DNA of 64,000 nt, taken from NCBI RefSeq assembly GCF_052425735.1, contig NC_135760.1, forward strand, positions 25,606,001-25,670,000, written 5' to 3'. The stretch is from Oculina patagonica (taxonomy: Eukaryota). The notes under the pieces were generated by a model. The model did not search any database and had not been told where the DNA came from. It worked only from the letters and a program-made list of their open reading frames with translations. The position numbers and the translations under genes are program-made. Below, piece after piece: positions 1-12,274 of this stretch (position 1 is its first letter; each line of letters begins with the position of its first letter).

Positions 1-415
1 AGGTTTTCTGTTAATATTTTCTGCCCCCAGTTTTGACGTGGACCAACTCAAACTTATTAAAACATAAGCTATGGAAAACCCCTTTAAACAAGAGAAATTA
101 AAATCTTGATCATCTTTTAATCCTGGGTTAGCGTTAATCGTCTTTCGAACAACCCGGCCTTGATCTATAAACTGAACACTGACAAAATCGCGAAATTGAA
201 TGCACTTTTCCTCTAATTTTTCTTGCAATCGCGAAAAGTATTACTCGCAAAATTTGGCTCTCGAATTTTCGCGAAATTTTGAACGCACGAAAATTAGTAA
301 TAATAAGGTAGACCTTAAAAACATGGGTCCTTCTCTAATAGTGTGATTAGGCTGGCAACTAACCAAGCTGAAAAACAGACGACTTTTTTAAACTGAGGTG
401 TACAAAAATACGTAC

Positions 416-1397
416 GTCAATGTCTTCTTCCTCTTGCAGTAAGGTTACAGCAGTCGTTCTGAAAAATTACCAGGAAAAGAAAGTTTATGACAATATTTTT
501 AGATCAGTTGGGTTGCGTTGTAATACACGGAATGTAGATAAGAGCATAGGAGACGGTTAATCCGCTTTCCTAGTCACATCCGAGGCAAATCCGAGCCTGA
601 GTCGAAGGCGAGTCCGAGTTAAATGTTCAAGTTATTGCTGATTGGCTAGTGGTATATCCCAGCTCCTCTTGATTTTGGACGTGGCAAATAGTCGGATGGT
701 GGGCAGGAGGCGAGCGGCTAAGTACAGGAGTTGCTCTTAACTAACTAACATTCTGGTTAGCTCTTAACTAGTTTTTAGACTCGGACATTTGTTTCGGACT
801 CGGATTGGCACGGTCAACGGATAAACTCGATCGTTTACAATAATAACAAAAATGTATTTTCTACCTCTCTTCCTCTTTCTTCTCTTCTTTTTTGTCGATG
901 CCGTCGATGTCGTGAAGTTCATATGATCCATGTTGGGGGACGACTTCATCAAGCTGCAGTTATAATTCGGGTAAAGCACTATTCACTGAGGTAATACAGT
1001 GAGTAAAACACGGAATTTGATCGCAGGATACACCTGACCCGGTAAAACACACATTTCTGTTCTCTTCACACTGTAACCTGTGATCAATCATCTCAAGTCA
1101 GAGAAGTCCGTTGTTGAACTGACATAGTGACTGACCGAGCAACTGAGCTTATGACCAGCGACTGACTGACTGACTGACTGACTGACTGACTGACTGCCTG
1201 CCTGTCTATTTGCCTGCCTGCCTACCTGCCTGTCTGCCTGATTGATTGAATGACTGACTGGACTTGACTTGACTTGTCTGCCTGCCTGCCTACCTACCTG
1301 CTTGCCTGCTTGCCTGCCTGCCTGACTGTTTGACTGATTGACTGATTGACAGCCTGACTGCCTGCCTGATTGCTTGCCAGACTGACTGCCTGCCTGA

Positions 1398-1464
<67 letters not shown>

Positions 1465-1533
1465 ACTGTTTGACTGATTGACTGATTGACAGCCTGACTG
1501 CCTGCCTGCCTGCCTGATTGCTTGCCAGACTGA

Positions 1534-1572
<39 letters not shown>

Positions 1573-4360
1573 ACTGTTTGACTGATTGACTGATTAACAG
1601 CCTGACTGCCTGCCTGCCTGCCTGATTNNNNNNNNNNNNNNNNNNNNNNNNNNNNNNNNNNNNNNNNNNNNNNNNNNNNNNNNNNNNNNNNNNNNNNNNN
1701 NNNNNNNNNNNNNNNNNNNNNNNNNNNNNNNNNNNNNNNNNNNNNNNNNNNNNNNNNNNNNNNNNNNNNNNNNNNNNNNNNNNNNNNNNNNNNNNNNNTG
1801 ACTGATTGACTGACTGATTGACTGCCCGCCTACCTGCCCGCCTGTCTGCCTGCCTGACTGACCGACTGACTAACTGACTGGCTTGACTTGACTTAATGAC
1901 TGACTGACTGACTGACTGACTGACTGACTGACTGCCTGCCTGCATGCCTGAATGACCGGACTCGTCTGGCTGACTGACAGAGTGGCACGTTAAGAACTCG
2001 AGGACCTTGCCAGATAAACTGATTGTCTGATAGACTGGTCTGCTTATTCGAAATATCACTGAAATTTGCGATAAAATCAAACTAAGCTTCCCACCTCATC
2101 TGCTTGACTGTTGCCCTCGTTGTTTTTCTCAAGTTGATTCGAAATATTGTCGTTCTTTATTTCGCCCAACACTGCCTCAACAATTGGCACCATCATGGCG
2201 GTTGTAGCTGTGTTGCTTATCCACATGGACAGAAAAGATGTGGTCAGCATGACGCCAAGTAACAAACTGTGGAAAATGATCGGAAAAAAGCTTTCAAAGA
2301 AGCTAATTATAAAGAGAATTAATGTCAACTCCTGACTGCAATTTTGGTATTAAGCGCTATGTACTTTAGTTCGGAATATTTGTCGGCCGTGTAGGCAACA
2401 ACAAGGACCTTGCTCTTTAATTTTCTTTCAAGCTTGCACTCACTTTCGAGCACTTTTACTTTGATTGTCAATACTACCACTCTCCTTAGCAACAGTAAAA
2501 TCTTAAAAAAAAAACACCCCTAACTTTAGCTTTAGATGCTGATTACCTCCAAAACAAGCTCGAATATTTAAGCCGACTGTCAACCCCTTTCCCATCAGGA
2601 ACACAAACGTTTTTCGTAGGCTGTTTTCCTTCACAATTAAACTAATTAAGATGGGGAAAATATGAAGAAAACAAAGGACTACTTCTCTGGGCTATAGTAC
2701 AGTACGGACATTTTACACAAATAAAAAAGCCAAGAAAAATATGTATTTGGCGATCTGGAATCGAGATTTACGTCGATCTTCACTTCCCCAGCCCCCTCCC
2801 CTCGACTTACCGTCGTGGTTGAGCCCCAACTAACAAGAGAACTCGAAGAGCGATTCGTTTGTGTAAGTTCCACGTCTCTACAGCTACAGCCACGATCAAC
2901 CCGCCAAGAAAGAGCACGTTAGTGTCCTTGAAGTAAGGATACGCGACTTGTTTAGATCCCAGGACCCCAAGCAACGGAAAGAGAACCAATGGAAGAAGAG
3001 CTGTGACGGCCAACTCCACAACCTCAGTCACCCAGTACACCGCCATAATCAGAATACAGTACGCACAACGGGCTTCCTGGTGAAATGTAAGTATTATTTA
3101 TAAACATCGAAAAACGAGGCGTTTAAGATTCAATTCGAAAAACAATAATAAGTATGGTAATGGGTTCAAGCTCGATCCATAGATCATCATCATCATCATC
3201 ATCATTTATTTGCCACTTCAGAATTAAACATACAAATTAAAATAACTTTAAAAAATAGGGCGAGGAGACCTCCAAGAAACCACAAGGCTTATGGGGGAGG
3301 CCACCTCGGGTTAGCAATAAGTTTGTAATTTCGCTGTGAATGTGCAGCTAGGCCAATTTCAGACTCATTGCTAGATCAAATGAGCCCGCGGTTTTTGGTC
3401 AGTTAGGTTGCCATGCGACCAAATTTAAGTTCTATAATTATTAATAAACGGGACATCACCACAATACGTTTGTGTTGCAAACGATGGAAGCAATTAATTC
3501 GTTTTCCCTATTCACAAGGCAACAGCAAATTCACGAGTTTATCTCGTACCCAGATCTTCAGTCGGTTTTGGCGTATGCAAATATGACAAAGGTTAGCACG
3601 GTCACGGGGACCGTGACATTCTCGTCCTCATAGCCCTTCCGTTTCTCTTAGCCGGCTGGGCCTTGGCACGAGGAAACGAAGGGCTCTGGGACACAGAATT
3701 TCCAGTCCTAGATTCTAGGACTTCCGGTCTTCATGTATGCAGTCATGACGTTTCAAAATAATGTATGAGAGAGTCGTTACGTTTTTTACTTCCGTTTAGG
3801 AATTCTTTGTTCCAAACAGCCAATCAAAAAAATTCGAATTAATTCAAAAATTCTATGTCCCCAGAGCCCTCCGTTTTCTCGTGCCAAGCCGGCTAAGAGA
3901 AACGAAAGGGCTATGGGGACGAGAATGGGACCGTGACTGAATGGTAACACTACACTATAGAAGTTGATTTTACAAATAACTAGCTATAGAATATCTTGGC
4001 GTGGATATTTGAGATGCTCGTTTCGCGCGTAAATCAATTAACAATAAAAATTTGAACGCACCGTGCTATAACACAAAGACAATTATAAGGTAGCTGTTCT
4101 TATAGAAGCCTTACATAACAAAGTTTTCTTACCGTTCCTCCGACAGCTATGGGTATGGGCATCAGAAGTATCGGTGTCAAAATCAGTATTAGGTATTTCC
4201 TCCATCTCAAAATTCGCTTGAGAAGCGAAGTCTTTTTCACTTGAAGCGGCTCGCGATCGCCGCGATAAGATAGGTTAGGGGAGCCAGTTTCGGTTGGTTG
4301 GTGTTTTGCTTCCGTATCTTCTAAATGACTATACCCTCTTTCTCGCTCGAATTCAGTCAT
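416..4360 (-). CDS. SLC13: SLC13-family Na+/sulfate-(di/tri)carboxylate cotransporter, copy 1, exons 1-5 (4360-4133, 3076-2811, 2266-2095, 953-865, 458-416); continues off the left edge
   Basis: Phase-compatible GT-AG exons. Family-typical segments include [42 protein letters not shown] and [19 protein letters not shown]. Confidence 0.9.
1160..1950. repeat. Compound tetranucleotide microsatellite (CTGA/CTGC/TTGA)n in an SLC13 intron, spanning an N-gap
   Basis: Seen directly. A shorter version occurs at ~19918-20355. Confidence 0.95.
3187..3372 (-). mobile_element. 5'-truncated LINE (L2/CR1-like) 3' end with (ATG)n tail
   Basis: On the minus strand AATAAA is followed by a (TGA)n tail. It is flanked by TAGATCA repeats (3180-3186, 3373-3379) and absent from the homologous site at ~21550. 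Confidence 0.55.
3617..3927. mobile_element. MITE, 311 bp, CATTCTCGTC...GACGAGAATG TIRs, 9-bp TSD GGACCGTGA (Academ/Mutator-like)
   Basis: TIRs and TSD (3608-3616, 3928-3936) seen directly. The empty site is at ~21785. Confidence 0.9.
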
Positions 4361-5429
4361 CTTCCTTCCAGATCTGCGGTATTAAGGGATCAAGAGAACA
4401 CATTCATGGAATGTTATCTGCACGCAAGAAATATACAGCAAATAGAAAGAAGGAGGGTTTCTAGAAGGTCATTATTAAGGAGTTTTAAATCTTATATTCA
4501 CCGTCACCTACCTTGATTTCAATCCAGATGATTCAGTCTATTAACACAAAGGCAGCTGTGATAGTTTTGTTTGCAGACAACAGTATTTTGTCAGACAGAC
4601 AAAGCGGCTCAAATCGCACAGTTGCTAAGTTGTTGCAGTCACACCATTTGCCTCTTGTCACGAGCCCTGGATCACGCGATCGAAGCTGATACTGTCGATT
4701 GCGAAATCACGAAGACTCGCGAAAAAATCTGCGGTATTTTTTGACTATACATCGAATTAGGTTTATAATTCACGCTTTCAAGGACAATGTCTATTTTTTG
4801 ACATCTTTCCTACTTTATCTCGCACCTGATGGTAAAGAAGATGTCGGTTCGAGATTTCAGTAGTTCCCTACTCTGAGCTATATCTTCGAATATAATTCCA
4901 CTCAAAATAAGTCCTATAGACTGTGTAGACAATCTGGCACATGAAAAGTAAGCGTCAACAGAACCAAGAGATTAGTTTCTCTTGATCTCTACCAATGTCG
5001 TTTTTCGATCGACAGAAGAGCGTGCAAGTCGAACGTTACGGTGGGTTTCATTAGCGCGGCAACGAAAGTGAATTTTACACTCGCATCCAGAATACAGTTT
5101 GCAGGGTTGCCAAAAAAATCAGGAAAAATGGTTCGGGAAAATAACAATTCTTAAAGGTCAGGGAATTAAAAGTAAGGGAAAATTGAAATTATAACACCGC
5201 TGATTTAATACCACTGATGGTGTAAGAAAGATTTCGGGTCAATGTGTTCTCAGCGATGCATATGTGTGTTTTTTTCTTTTTGGAAGCGGAGGCTGGGGAC
5301 CGCTAGTATATCAGACATTTTGCATTTATTTGTCTGTGGCAACCGCATGGTTGATCGCGTTCATACAGTGACTTGTCTTAGCTTGTTTTTTGTTGCATTA
5401 GATTAACTGCACAATATTAATTTAAGTCA

Positions 5430-6945
5430 CGCGAAATGAACTGGAATGAGCCGGAATGGACCGGAATAAGACCAGAATGAACCGGAATGGACCGGAATGA
5501 ACCGGAATGGGCCGGAATGAACTGGAATGAGCCGGAATGAACCGAAATGAACTGGAATGAGCCAGAATGAACCGAAATGGACCGGAATGAGCCGGAATGA
5601 ACCGAAATGGACCGGAATGAGCCGGAATGGACCAGAATAAGTCGGAATGAGACCTGACTGGACCGGAATGAGACGGAATGAGTCCAGAATGGGCCGAAAT
5701 GGAACTAAATGAGACTCAGTTTCTTTTTTTCTAAATTCTTTGTTGCGGGTTGGGAGGAATTAAGTCGCTTTTGCATTGTTTGACACCAAAATCTACAGCG
5801 AGAATTGCCTGTTCTAACGCCGTGTTAATACCAGGGATGCATACAAACCAGCTAACTACTTCAAAATATTTCGCGTTCTAACATGACAGTTGCGGTATTC
5901 AGGCCAAAAAAAATCGTAGCTTCGAGTTTCTAGAAGCTGACTTTGAGCCTTTGACGTTCCGAACATTTCTACTAGTAAGAGTATATTTATTACTTTTTTA
6001 AAGCTTTTTTTTTTCAAAATAGAACGGGCATATTGTCTTCCAAAAAAATTGCCGATGCCGTCTGTGACAGACGACATAAAATTTGAGCGTGAAAAACTTG
6101 ATAACGAAGCTCAGCTAAAGAAGCTTAGCTCGTCACCGCGAAAAACAAAAGCGCAAGTGAGGGAAATTTGGAGACTAAATTAATTTGAATGACTTAATTT
6201 TTTTTTGTTTGTTTCGGAACACTGTACATAAGGAGAAAGTTGCCGATGCCAAACAGCCGTGTTTTTCAAGATCAAGAGTTTAAAAAGCTTGTTGATATAA
6301 AAAATTAGGTCAATTATTTAGATTATCGAGTTCACCTAAAGAATAAGCGATTTTATAGAATCGCTTTCTAATTCTGTAACATTATGCACCACAGTTTCAT
6401 TATACCCAAGCCCACCGCGGACACTTCCTCAATGAAGTGGTTACTTGCTCATCGAACGGATACTCAGGCAGTAATGACTGGGAAATAATCAGGAACATCC
6501 TGGCATAATCCCACCTGACCCACAACAAAAATATTAGAAAACAAATTCACTGACATATGCGAGTCTATTTTAGTTCTATTCCGGTCCATTCTTTCTTTCC
6601 AGCAAATTCTGGCCTATTTCTGGAGTCTTGTTCCTGTCCATTCCGGTCTCATTCCCGTTCATTCCGGCTCATTCCGGTCCATTCCGGTCCATTCCGGTCC
6701 ATTCGGCTCATTCTGGCTCATTCCGGTCCATTCCGGTCCATTCCGGTCTCATTCCGGTTCATTCCTACTCATTCCAGTCCATTCCGGTCCATTTCGGCTC
6801 ATTCCGGTTCATTCTGGTCTCATTCCGGATCATTTCGGTCTCATTCCGGCCCATTCCGGTCTCATTCCGGTTTATTTCGGCTCATTCCGGTTCATTTCGC
6901 TCCATTCTGGTCCATTCCGTTCCGTTCTGGTGTTTAGTAACGCCC
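5430..6945. repeat. Two oppositely oriented arrays of a 10-bp minisatellite (CCGGAATGAR) around a spacer; probable degenerate TIR element
   Basis: Arrays at ~5430-5720 and ~6570-6930 are reverse complements. A homologous, internally deleted copy lies at ~23265-23970. Confidence 0.8.
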
Positions 6946-7784
6946 ATCAAGTGAGTCAAAGCACTGTACGACCGTCTCCGTTTTTATCTCCGGATACCGT
7001 CATCCGACAACAACAACAACAACATCAAAAACTTCTGGATGTTGGCAGATTGCAAAGACGCGTTAATTCATCTTTTGTCGCTTTTCTCGGCTTATTTTAA
7101 CCACGACATCGATCTTTTCTTCCTCCATTGCCGCCATGTTTCGTTTCATTGTTTCCAGCTTCCACGGCAATGATTATTCCAGTGGATCACTTAGTGCCCC
7201 TGATTTAATTTTGGACATTTTTTCAGGCTTTTTGTTTTTTATCCGACTGACCGTTCCAAACTTAGGAAAAGCATTCGACGGTAAACGGAGAAAAAAAGGG
7301 GGACGGCCTCATAGTCATTTGTGCCAGATTAAATGTCTTCGTTAGTGTACATGTAGAGACGAAACCACCGCGAAAACGCATGTTGTCTCTCTTGTATCAG
7401 GCGTATCAGGCTTGGGAAGGGCGAGAGTAGTGGCACTAGGGGAGGGATTCAGAGAAGTAACAATGATAATTAATATTTATTAAAAAGCCATACGTCACAA
7501 AGTGGTCCTCTATTAAGATTAAAGAAATGTAAAAAATCTAGGGAAAATAACTAAGTTTAAAAATGCTGATTTGAGAATACATAAAGCTACAAGTTTATAC
7601 TAATCGCTTACATAGCACACTACAGCTAATCACTTGCACATCTAATATTAAATAGATAATAAAGGATAAAAAGGAAATAAAATAAAAAAACCTATGCACA
7701 ATGCTTACTACAATTTAGTAGTAGAGTAACTTGTGTCATTCACAGATTAAACGTTTGTCATATTTATATCAATATCATGAACTA

Positions 7785-7915
7785 TGATCATCATCGTCAT
7801 CATCATCATCATCATCATCATCATCACGTTATCGTTATTACCATCATTTTTTTATTATCGTCAGCACTGACATCATCATCATCGTCGTCATCATCATCAT
7901 CATCATCATCGTCAT
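7785..7915. repeat. (CAT)n microsatellite downstream of tachylectin A; second copy at ~29935-30068
   Basis: Seen directly. Confidence 0.9.
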
Positions 7916-7980
7916 TTTTACAATTTAATCCAATCTGTGTTCCCATCTGTGGACTGCACTGTTGCTGGGACGCCTGGTTC

Positions 7981-8767
7981 TCACTTAAGAGGAGACATCA
8001 GAAACTTAAACTTAGACCAGCCAACTGAGCCAATCGTTTCAGTCTCCGCAGAGCCCAACCAGTTGTCACTACTTCCGGAACCATGAGTTGGGGGTGGTCC
8101 TTTGTAGAACTTGTCTTTGTAGACACCATACAATTCACCATCCGGCCTATCCGTGGCCGGCATGAAGATAAAGCAACTGAAAATCATTCCAGCCCCCAGT
8201 GCCAATGAGCGTGGATGATCCTAACCAGTTGTCAGTTGGATCTGTGGGAGGTATCCTCCTATGGAACTTTCCAGATTCGTTTTCTACGCCGTATAAGATT
8301 CCCGAAGTATCGAAGAAAAGGAATTTGTAGTTACACCATCCGCCTGATCCCAGAAGAGTTGCGTTTCCAATCCAGTCAGGGTCACTGCCCGGAGTTCCTG
8401 CTGGCGGGCACCGTTTGTAAAATTTATCGGTGGTGTTGTGAACGCCATACAGCACTCCGTCAGGATCAAAGAAAAGGAATTTGAAGTCCTTCCATCCCAC
8501 GTTTCCGATAAGGGAAGCCTTGGTCTTCCAATCAAAAGCCGAAGAGCCTTCAGGTGGTGGTCCTTTGTAGAACTTGTCATCCCATACTCCATATAAGGTA
8601 CCGTCTGGGTGAAAGAACAGATGGTTGAAGTCGTTCCAGCCACCTATCCCTATTGGTTTGGCAGTCCCAAGCCAGTTGGGGCTGCCACATTGGGGAGGAG
8701 TTCTCTTGTAGAAGTTTCCAGCGAATCTTCCATCGTTAACGACACCAAAGAGTTCATGGCATGCCAT
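7981..8767 (-). pseudogene. Tachylectin-2-like lectin A, frameshifted copy
   Basis: Near-identical to 30135-30920 but has one extra base at ~8167 (catgaaGataaag vs catgaaataaag). The ORF stops after 206 aa and loses the last repeat. Confidence 0.8.
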
Positions 8768-11292
8768 GGCGCTGAAAAAGAAAAAAAAGACGGAACTTGT
8801 CTCTTCCTACTAACTACCAGTGCATGGGTGTCATTTACGTTGCCTTGTCGTTACTTTATTGTACGAAGACTCTCACCAAGTTCAAGTTTTATTGTGTTTC
8901 ACCAGGGAATAGACGTGTATTATACGTACTCATTTACTCACTTTGGGTTCCTGTTTCTTAAACTACCATGTTGTATAATTAGTGTATAATAATGAAAACA
9001 ATATTGCATGAGGCTGAGAATGAGTGTGGAAATTATGAAAGCCAAAGGTTTTACTTGACACAGTAAGGAACTTGCAAGACGCATGCCTGAATTGCCTATA
9101 CACTAACTAAACAGGACTATTGAAAAACGATGGATATGGCAATGCTAAACCGTAGAAAACTCGTTAAAATATACGAAATAACTGCGACAGCTCAGATATT
9201 GAATTCAGGATCATTCCGCTCCTATTTGGAATTCCATTTGCCATTTCTAGGCACTAAAAAAGATAAAATCATTTCTTACACTAACAGCAACTACGATGAA
9301 CCAGCAGTATATGGCCAACAAAGGATCATCATTCTCGATCAACAGTGATCATATGGAAACAGAAGACCATTTCGATCGACGGATTCAGTAACTTTGATGA
9401 CTTTCAAATGAAAAACAATATATTTCTTCACTGCGTGTTTCCGGTGAACGAGATCATTCGCTGCAATCAGGAGCCCTCCTGCGACAATAAGGTACGTTAA
9501 TTTTATAGTGATGCAAAGTTGCATCACCAGGAATGGCTTACCTTAGCTCCCGATAGAGCAAACAAAATACCCTGCAAAATGATCACTAACTCTCTTGATG
9601 CACGAAAAATCTGAGTTATATATATTCGGAAAATTTACGTTACGGATATTGGCCTCAATAACTGCAGAAAACTATGTTAATTCAGGCTTTCGAGCACGAC
9701 GTCTATTGTTTTACATGTTTCAAGACCACTCTGACCTATTTCTTCGAATTTGGGCAGGTTTTTACCCTCAGCTTAAGAAATTTTTCTCACTTATGTGATG
9801 TTCAGTGATTATATTTTGGTCTATTAGCCGAATATCAACAGTTGATGGAAACGTGACAAGATTTTATTTCTGGTTTTGCTCTGCTGCGCAAACCCTTTTG
9901 AGACCCTCTTGACGTTTACTGTTCTTAAATTTAGCATATTTTGGCTGTGCGATGAATGTTGCACTGAGACGATTAACTTGGAACTTCCGAATTAGCCCAA
10001 ATCATGAAAAAGCACCATTGCGCACTTTCAGTGACACTCTAATTCGGCCGAAAACCGGTCAAGAAAATTTTGGTTGTAGTGTTCTACAAAATAAATAGGT
10101 CGAACTTGTAACTAACAGTAATAGTGCAACATTTGGCAAGAATACTCATGGCGAAGTATCTTTTTGTGAAGAAGGGTGAAACCAAACTATGCCTTCTGCT
10201 GTACAAAGATATGCACTCCATAAACAAACGCTACTCACTTCATTACAGTTCGTTTTGCACTTCCAAAGCTAACACGCTCTTGTATGTATTGCTGCCTCAG
10301 AACACAAACTATCGGTATAGCTCACTTTGAAAACGATCATGGTGGGCCTGGAACCCAAGTGGCTGCGCGGGCGCTTATGGGATACATTGGGGACCCAGTA
10401 AACAAATATGGCGGAACAAAGCGCAAGCTTAGCACTTTTGTAGTTACAGATCAAATGTCTTCGGCGCGAGCACTCAAGCTGTCTCTGATGTATCAGGCTT
10501 GTGAAGAAAAAGAGGTCATATTTCAGTTAGGGCCTGTTTACATAGAGGAAGGCCGCCATGACTAACCGCCCCTTTATAGACGCGCCAACTTTTATATACG
10601 ATTCTTTTCAAAACGCATTGAAGCGTTTAGATACGAAACAGGGTACCCCAGCCTAACCGAAGCACCCTGTCTACTTGCCATGGAAATCCTTTTAAGCGGG
10701 CTATCTTTTCTGCTTGTTAACGGTCGCACCGGGATCATCCCGCCTTGCCGGGGCAAGTTTTCGTGCGTGTTTTAACTGAAACGTAAACAAAATGGCGATA
10801 ACATCTATGAATCTGAACCCAAACTGTCCTATTATGTTCAAATTAGTTAAGTCTTTTAATTAATCGGAAAAACGTGTATATATTTTGAGCAAAAGAATAT
10901 TCAAAGAGGGTTTTCGCTGGAAGCCGGGCAATGGTAAACTAAGCACCTGACGACAAATATTATTTTAGTGTGGCGTTGGAAGACTGATTCAAGCGGTAAG
11001 AAACTGTGTTTGGTAAATTTATAAAAACTTGCATATCAAGAGATAATTGCCTTGAGGACGGATGACTCCTTATAATGGCTTAAAACTTTATATCTGGTTC
11101 TATGTTTTGCCTCTTCTAGGCTGGTAACTCGGTTAACCGGGTCACTCTCCTTTTATGTAAACGGACCCTTTGTTAGATAGGTGGATGAGAAGTGATTTCA
11201 TTCCTTCGGGAGGTGGCGGTGGGGGCTATGTCCGACTATTTGTAATATTGAATTCATTTTGTAACCCCACTTGATATCGAGTGGTAGTTTTT

Positions 11293-11792
11293 NNNNNNNN
11301 NNNNNNNNNNNNNNNNNNNNNNNNNNNNNNNNNNNNNNNNNNNNNNNNNNNNNNNNNNNNNNNNNNNNNNNNNNNNNNNNNNNNNNNNNNNNNNNNNNNN
11401 NNNNNNNNNNNNNNNNNNNNNNNNNNNNNNNNNNNNNNNNNNNNNNNNNNNNNNNNNNNNNNNNNNNNNNNNNNNNNNNNNNNNNNNNNNNNNNNNNNNN
11501 NNNNNNNNNNNNNNNNNNNNNNNNNNNNNNNNNNNNNNNNNNNNNNNNNNNNNNNNNNNNNNNNNNNNNNNNNNNNNNNNNNNNNNNNNNNNNNNNNNNN
11601 NNNNNNNNNNNNNNNNNNNNNNNNNNNNNNNNNNNNNNNNNNNNNNNNNNNNNNNNNNNNNNNNNNNNNNNNNNNNNNNNNNNNNNNNNNNNNNNNNNNN
11701 NNNNNNNNNNNNNNNNNNNNNNNNNNNNNNNNNNNNNNNNNNNNNNNNNNNNNNNNNNNNNNNNNNNNNNNNNNNNNNNNNNNNNNNNNNNN
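11293..11792. other. 500-N scaffold gap (a second 500-N gap is at 38910-39409)
   Basis: Fixed-size N runs. Confidence 0.99.
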
Positions 11793-12274
11793 GTAGGTAT
11801 CCGTTGTTGCAATTTCCTTTTCTTTGCTACTTTGGTCGTAATTGCGCAAATGCTAATATCTGGTTGGCTAGAATTCAATGACGTCAAAAGTAATAAAACC
11901 AATCAGAAGGTACGGTGAAGTTGCATGATTGAAATGGGAAAACGAGCGGGAAATGGCGACGGGATCAACGGCAGATGGATTCGCGAGAGTCATTTTTGCA
12001 TATAATTCTTATTTGCTGGGTTTCTCGTCCAAACAAATTTGTTTACAGCAATAAGATTCCTGAAGTATTAAGCAAGCTTTAAAAAATCTTTGGCGTTGTC
12101 GCGTGTAACCAGCTTAGGAAATGACAAACGTTTTGCATGTAACATTCATCAACATATCAAAAATAACTCTAAATCTTCGGCCTAAGAATTTTGGTTGGGT
12201 TCGCTCAAAAAGATCTTTCGTTGCATGCAAACTATGTTTTAGGGGCAAGACTTCTGGTGTTATATTGCCCTCAC

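Noticed and set aside
1088-2080. 330-aa Q/A/G/R/S-rich ORF and similar ORFs at 20024-20457
   Set aside because: Translations of an intronic tetranucleotide microsatellite and an N-gap.
5430-6954. Periodic array as a possible CRISPR array or repetitive protein
   Set aside because: 10-bp minisatellite without unique spacers in a eukaryotic context. The ORFs are repeat translations.
8215-8989. Overlapping antisense and alternative-frame ORFs on the lectin and kinase genes
   Set aside because: Shadow ORFs of real coding sequence with no recognisable motifs.
11198-11918. Long poly-X ORFs (also 38800-39486)
   Set aside because: Assembly gaps.
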